The notes under the pieces: generated by a model
Database searches by the model: none
Seen by the model: only the letters and a program-made list of their open reading frames with translations
Told to the model about the DNA's origin: nothing
Program-made: the position numbers and the translations under genes
Origin: Ranitomeya imitator
Taxonomy: Eukaryota
NCBI RefSeq assembly: GCF_032444005.1
Contig: NC_091289.1
Coordinates: 135,718,001 to 135,782,000, forward strand
Direction: 5' to 3'
DNA length: 64,000 nt
In this document: one piece after another, positions 60,327-64,000 of the stretch
Layout of the letters: every line of letters starts with the position of its first letter
How positions within the stretch are numbered: position 1 is the stretch's first letter

Positions 60327-61056
60327 TGTAATCAGGTTGTGGGATGTAGTGACACAATGGATGCAGAGCAAGGGTTAACAGATTAACAATTTAATTTGGT
60401 ACAATGGAGAGGCTCCTTCAGGGAGATAGCAGTTAAATTGTAAAAGAAAAGTTATAATGTAACAACAGTTCAATTATCAAACTTATCGTGTCCTTAGGTT
60501 CCTCAGCCACAGATGATCCATTGGGGTTCCAAAACTAATGGTCCAACTTCTATCGGCAACGGGCGGTCTCCAGTTTTACCCGTTGAGCCCCTAGTCCATA
60601 AGCCTGTGCAGCTAAAGTAAAGAGAGCTGCAGAGATCCTGGTATCAAACGTGGGCTGATGCGCGCTGTCCAGCGGAGGCGACCACAACTTAATGTCCTGT
60701 AGCCGGCTCACGTTCTCCTGCACAAGCGCAGTCTTAACCTTATCTGGGTGCACGGTGCTTCCCACTCTCACTACCCCACTGGAGTGTCCAGGAAGTCTCG
60801 GCCACAATGCGTTGCGGTGCTGCTGCTCTGGGTGCGGAGTGCACTGCTCACCCTACTGCACTCTCCCTGACATCGGGAAACACTTTGTCTCTTCAAGCAC
60901 TTTCTGCTCTGCATTCTGTCTAAACACACTCCCTCTCCCCAGGTTCTGGGGCCTGTCCTGTCCCCTATTCCTTCCCCTGGGCAACATGGGATGCAGCCTC
61001 GGCAGTTCCTTACCCGGCTCAATACAGGTACCCGGAGCCCGGTCTCCCTCCTTACA
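60327..61056. mobile_element. Solo LTR, 730 bp, inserted into a MITE
   Basis: TG...CA with 4-bp TSD GTAT (60323-26, 61057-60); removing it restores GAGCTGTGGTATGATCAGACC of the host MITE. Confidence 0.7.
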
Positions 61057-62520
61057 GTATGATCAGACCATATTCCTGCACGGTCAGACACAGCCATTAC
61101 ACAGTACACAGCAGGGGCACATTTATAATATCATCTCAGCACAGGAACATTTTATTTAAAAACATCCAATTGTAGAAGTTATAATTATTCCAAGATCTAT
61201 TGATTAAAATGAACTTTTGTTTCTGGGAAAACCTCTGTAATTGTTTAACCCCTTTCTGACATGTGACGTACTATCCCGTCGAGGTGGGGTGGGCCTGTGT
61301 GACCACCGATGGGATAGTATGTCATAGCGATCAGCCGCGTTCACGGGGGGAGCGTGGCCAATCGCGGCTGGATGTCAGCTGACTATCGCAGTTGACATCC
61401 GGCACTATGTGCCAGGAGCGGTCACGGACCGCCCCCGGCACATTAACCCCCCGCACACTGCGATCAAACATGATTGCAGTGTTTCGACGGTATAGGAAAG
61501 CATCGCGCAGGGAGGGGGCTCCCTGCGGGCTTCCCTGAGACCCCCGGAGCAACACAATGTGATTGCGTTGCTCCGAGGGTTTCCTACCTCCTCCTTCCTG
61601 CAGGCCCCAGATCCAAAATGGCCACGGGGCTGCATCCGGGTCCTGCAGGGAGGTGGCTTCACAGCGCCTGCTCAGAGCAGGCGCCGGGAAGCCTCTATGA
61701 GTGCACGTCAGATCGCTGATCTGACACAGTGCACAGCAAAGTGTCAGATCAGCGATCTTACACTATAATATGATGCCCCCCTGGGGCAATGTTATAATGT
61801 AAAAAAAAAAATATTCACATGTGTAAAAAAAATGTAAAAAAATTCCGAAAAAAAATACATATATATTGTTCCCATAAATACATTCCTTTATCTAAATTTA
61901 AAAAAAAAACAATAAAAGTACACATATTTAGTATCGCCTCGTCCGTAATGACCCAAACTATAAAATTGTCCCACTAGTTACCCCCTTCAGTGAACACTGT
62001 AAAAAAAAAAACGAGGCAAAAAACAATGCTTTATTATCATACCACCAAACAAAAAGTGGAATAACACGCGATCAAAAAGATGGATATAAATAATCATGGT
62101 ACGGCTGAAAACGTCATCTTGCCCACAAAAAATGAGCCGCCAAACAGCATCATCAGCGAAAAAATAAAAAAGTTATAGTCCTCAGAAAGAAGCGATGCAA
62201 AAATAATTATTTTTTCTATAAAATAGTTTTTCTCGTATAAAACTGCCAAAACATAAAAAAAATATAAATGAGATATCGCTGTAATCAACTCGTCCTGCAA
62301 AAAACAAGACCTCACATGACTCTGTGGACCAAAATATTGAAAAATTATAGCACTCAAAATGTGGTAACGCAAAAATATTTTTTGCAATAAAAAGCATCTT
62401 TTAGTGTGTGACGGCTGCCAATCATAAAGATCTGCTAAAAAAAACCCGCTATAAAAGTAAATCAAACCCCCCTTCATCACCCCCTTAGTTAGGGAAAAAT
62501 TAAAAAACTGTATTTATTTC

Positions 62521-62670
62521 NNNNNNNNNNNNNNNNNNNNNNNNNNNNNNNNNNNNNNNNNNNNNNNNNNNNNNNNNNNNNNNNNNNNNNNNNNNNNNNN
62601 NNNNNNNNNNNNNNNNNNNNNNNNNNNNNNNNNNNNNNNNNNNNNNNNNNNNNNNNNNNNNNNNNNNNNN
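62521..62670. other. Assembly gap (150 N)
   Basis: Direct reading. Confidence 1.
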
Positions 62671-62783
62671 ACAGTTAGGGTTGGGGCTAAAGTTAGGGTT
62701 AGGGTTGGGGCTAGGGTTAGGGTTTGGATTACATTTACCATTGGGAATAGGGTTGGGATTAGGGTTAGGGGTGTGTCAGGGTT
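62671..62783 (+). repeat. Degenerate telomere-like (TTAGGG/TTGGGG) interstitial repeat; continues at ~63087-63140
   Basis: GTTAGGGTTAGGGTTGGGGCTAGGGTTAGGG. Confidence 0.8.
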
Positions 62784-63086
62784 ATTATTATTATTATTAT
62801 TATTATTATTTATTATTATAGCGCCATTTATTCCATGGCGCTTTACATGTGAGGAGGGGTATACATAATAAAACAAGTACAATAATCTTGAAAAATACAA
62901 GTCACAACTGGTACAGGAGGAGAGAGGACCCTGCCCGCGAGGGCTCACAATCTACAAGGGATGGGTGAGGATACAGTAGGTGAGGGTAGAGCTGGCCGTA
63001 CAGCGGTTTGGTCAATCGGTGGTTACTGCAGGTTGTAGGCTTGTCGGAAGAGGTGGGTCTTCAGGTTCTTTTAGGTTCTTTCAGGT
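62784..63086 (-). mobile_element. 5'-truncated L2 3' end
   Basis: (TAA)n tail, GCGCCATTTATTCCATGGCGC hairpin, 8-bp TSD TCAGGGTT (62776-83, 63087-94). Confidence 0.88.
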
Positions 63087-64000
63087 TCAGGGTTGCGTGT
63101 GGTTAGGGTTACCGTTGGGATTAGGGTTAGGGGTGTGTTTGGATTAAAGTTTCAGTTATAAATAGGGGGTTTCCACTGTTTAGGCACATCAGGGGCTCTC
63201 CAAACGCGACATGGCGTCCGATCTCAATTCCAGCCAATTCTGCGATGAAAAAGTAAAACAGTGCTCCTTCCCATCCAAGCTCTCCCTTGCGCTCAAACAG
63301 GGGTTTACCCAAACATATGGGGTATCAGCGTACTCAGGACACATTGAACAACAACTTTTGGTGTCCAATTTCTCCTGTTACCCTTGGGAAAATACAAAAC
63401 TGGGAGCTAAAAAATAATTTTTGTGGAAAAAAATGATTTTTCATTTTCACGGCTCTGCGTTATAAACTGTAGTGAAACACTTTGGGGTTCAAAGTTCTCA
63501 CAACACATCTAGATAAGTTCTGTGGGGGGTGTAGTTTGCAATATGGGGTCACTTGGGGGGGTTTCTACTGTTTAGGTACATTAGGGGCTCTGCAAACGCA
63601 ATGTGACGCCTGCAGACCAATCCATCTAAGTCTGCATTCCAAATGGCGTTCCTTCCCTTCCGAGCTCTGCCATGCGCTTAAACGGTGGTTGCCCGCCACA
63701 TAAGGGGTATTATCGTACTCAGGACAAATTGGACAACAACTTTCGGGGTCCAATTTCAACTGTTACACTTGAAAAAATACAAAACTGGGGGCTAAAAAAT
63801 AATTTTTGTGGAAAAAAATGATTTTTTATTTTCACGGCTCTGCGTTATAAACTGTAGTGAAACACTTTGGGGTTCAAAGTTCTCATAACACATCTAGATA
63901 AGTTCCTTGGGGGGTCTAGTTTCCAATATGGGGTCACTTGTGGGGGTTTCTACTGTTTAGGTACATTAGGGGCTCTGCAAACGCAATGTGACGCCTGCAG

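Larger units (their letters stand above)
61249..64000. mobile_element. piggyBac-like non-autonomous element with internal ~385-bp tandem repeats; runs off the window
   Basis: TTAA|CCCCTTTC start; CACGGCTCTGCGTTATAAACTGTAG at 63448 and 63833; right terminus not seen. Confidence 0.55.

Noticed and set aside
62671-62783. True telomere or chromosome fusion site
   Set aside because: Short, degenerate, single orientation and embedded in a transposon
62514-62948. 144-aa ORF
   Set aside because: Spans the N gap, telomere-like repeats and a (TAA)n tail

Overview
Vertebrate genomic DNA, most likely a frog (inferred from the TTAA-flanked T2/Kolobok-type MITEs and the CR1/L2/Tc1/Penelope repeat mix). 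The only host coding sequence I can support is the first coding exon of netrin-G1 (NTNG1, + strand, CDS 11765-11995, phase-0 GT donor at 11996). A 525-nt 5'UTR portion probably precedes it, with a candidate upstream non-coding exon ending at 6672. Everything after 11996 appears to be one very large NTNG1 intron packed with nested transposable elements. These include a full-length, ORF-intact CR1 LINE with a 110-bp perfect flanking duplication; an intact Ty3/Gypsy chromovirus with ~99.5% identical LTRs; four Tc1 elements (one with an intact DD34E ORF, one Sleeping Beauty-like); L2, L1 and Penelope-like remnants; solo LTRs; MITEs; three minisatellites; a piggyBac-like non-autonomous element; and a 150-N gap. 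The most interesting signals are: (1) three scattered fragments that tile a circular ~330-nt unit with a type I hammerhead ribozyme (retrozyme-like), plus other hammerhead-like motifs; (2) a Tf1-type self-priming arrangement in the Gypsy element (9-nt PBS complementary to the sequence 30 nt downstream of the LTR TATA box); (3) a CR1 5' end built of tandem monomers with a TATA box at -30 and a candidate 5'UTR intron. All alignments and counts were done by eye, and no database was searched.
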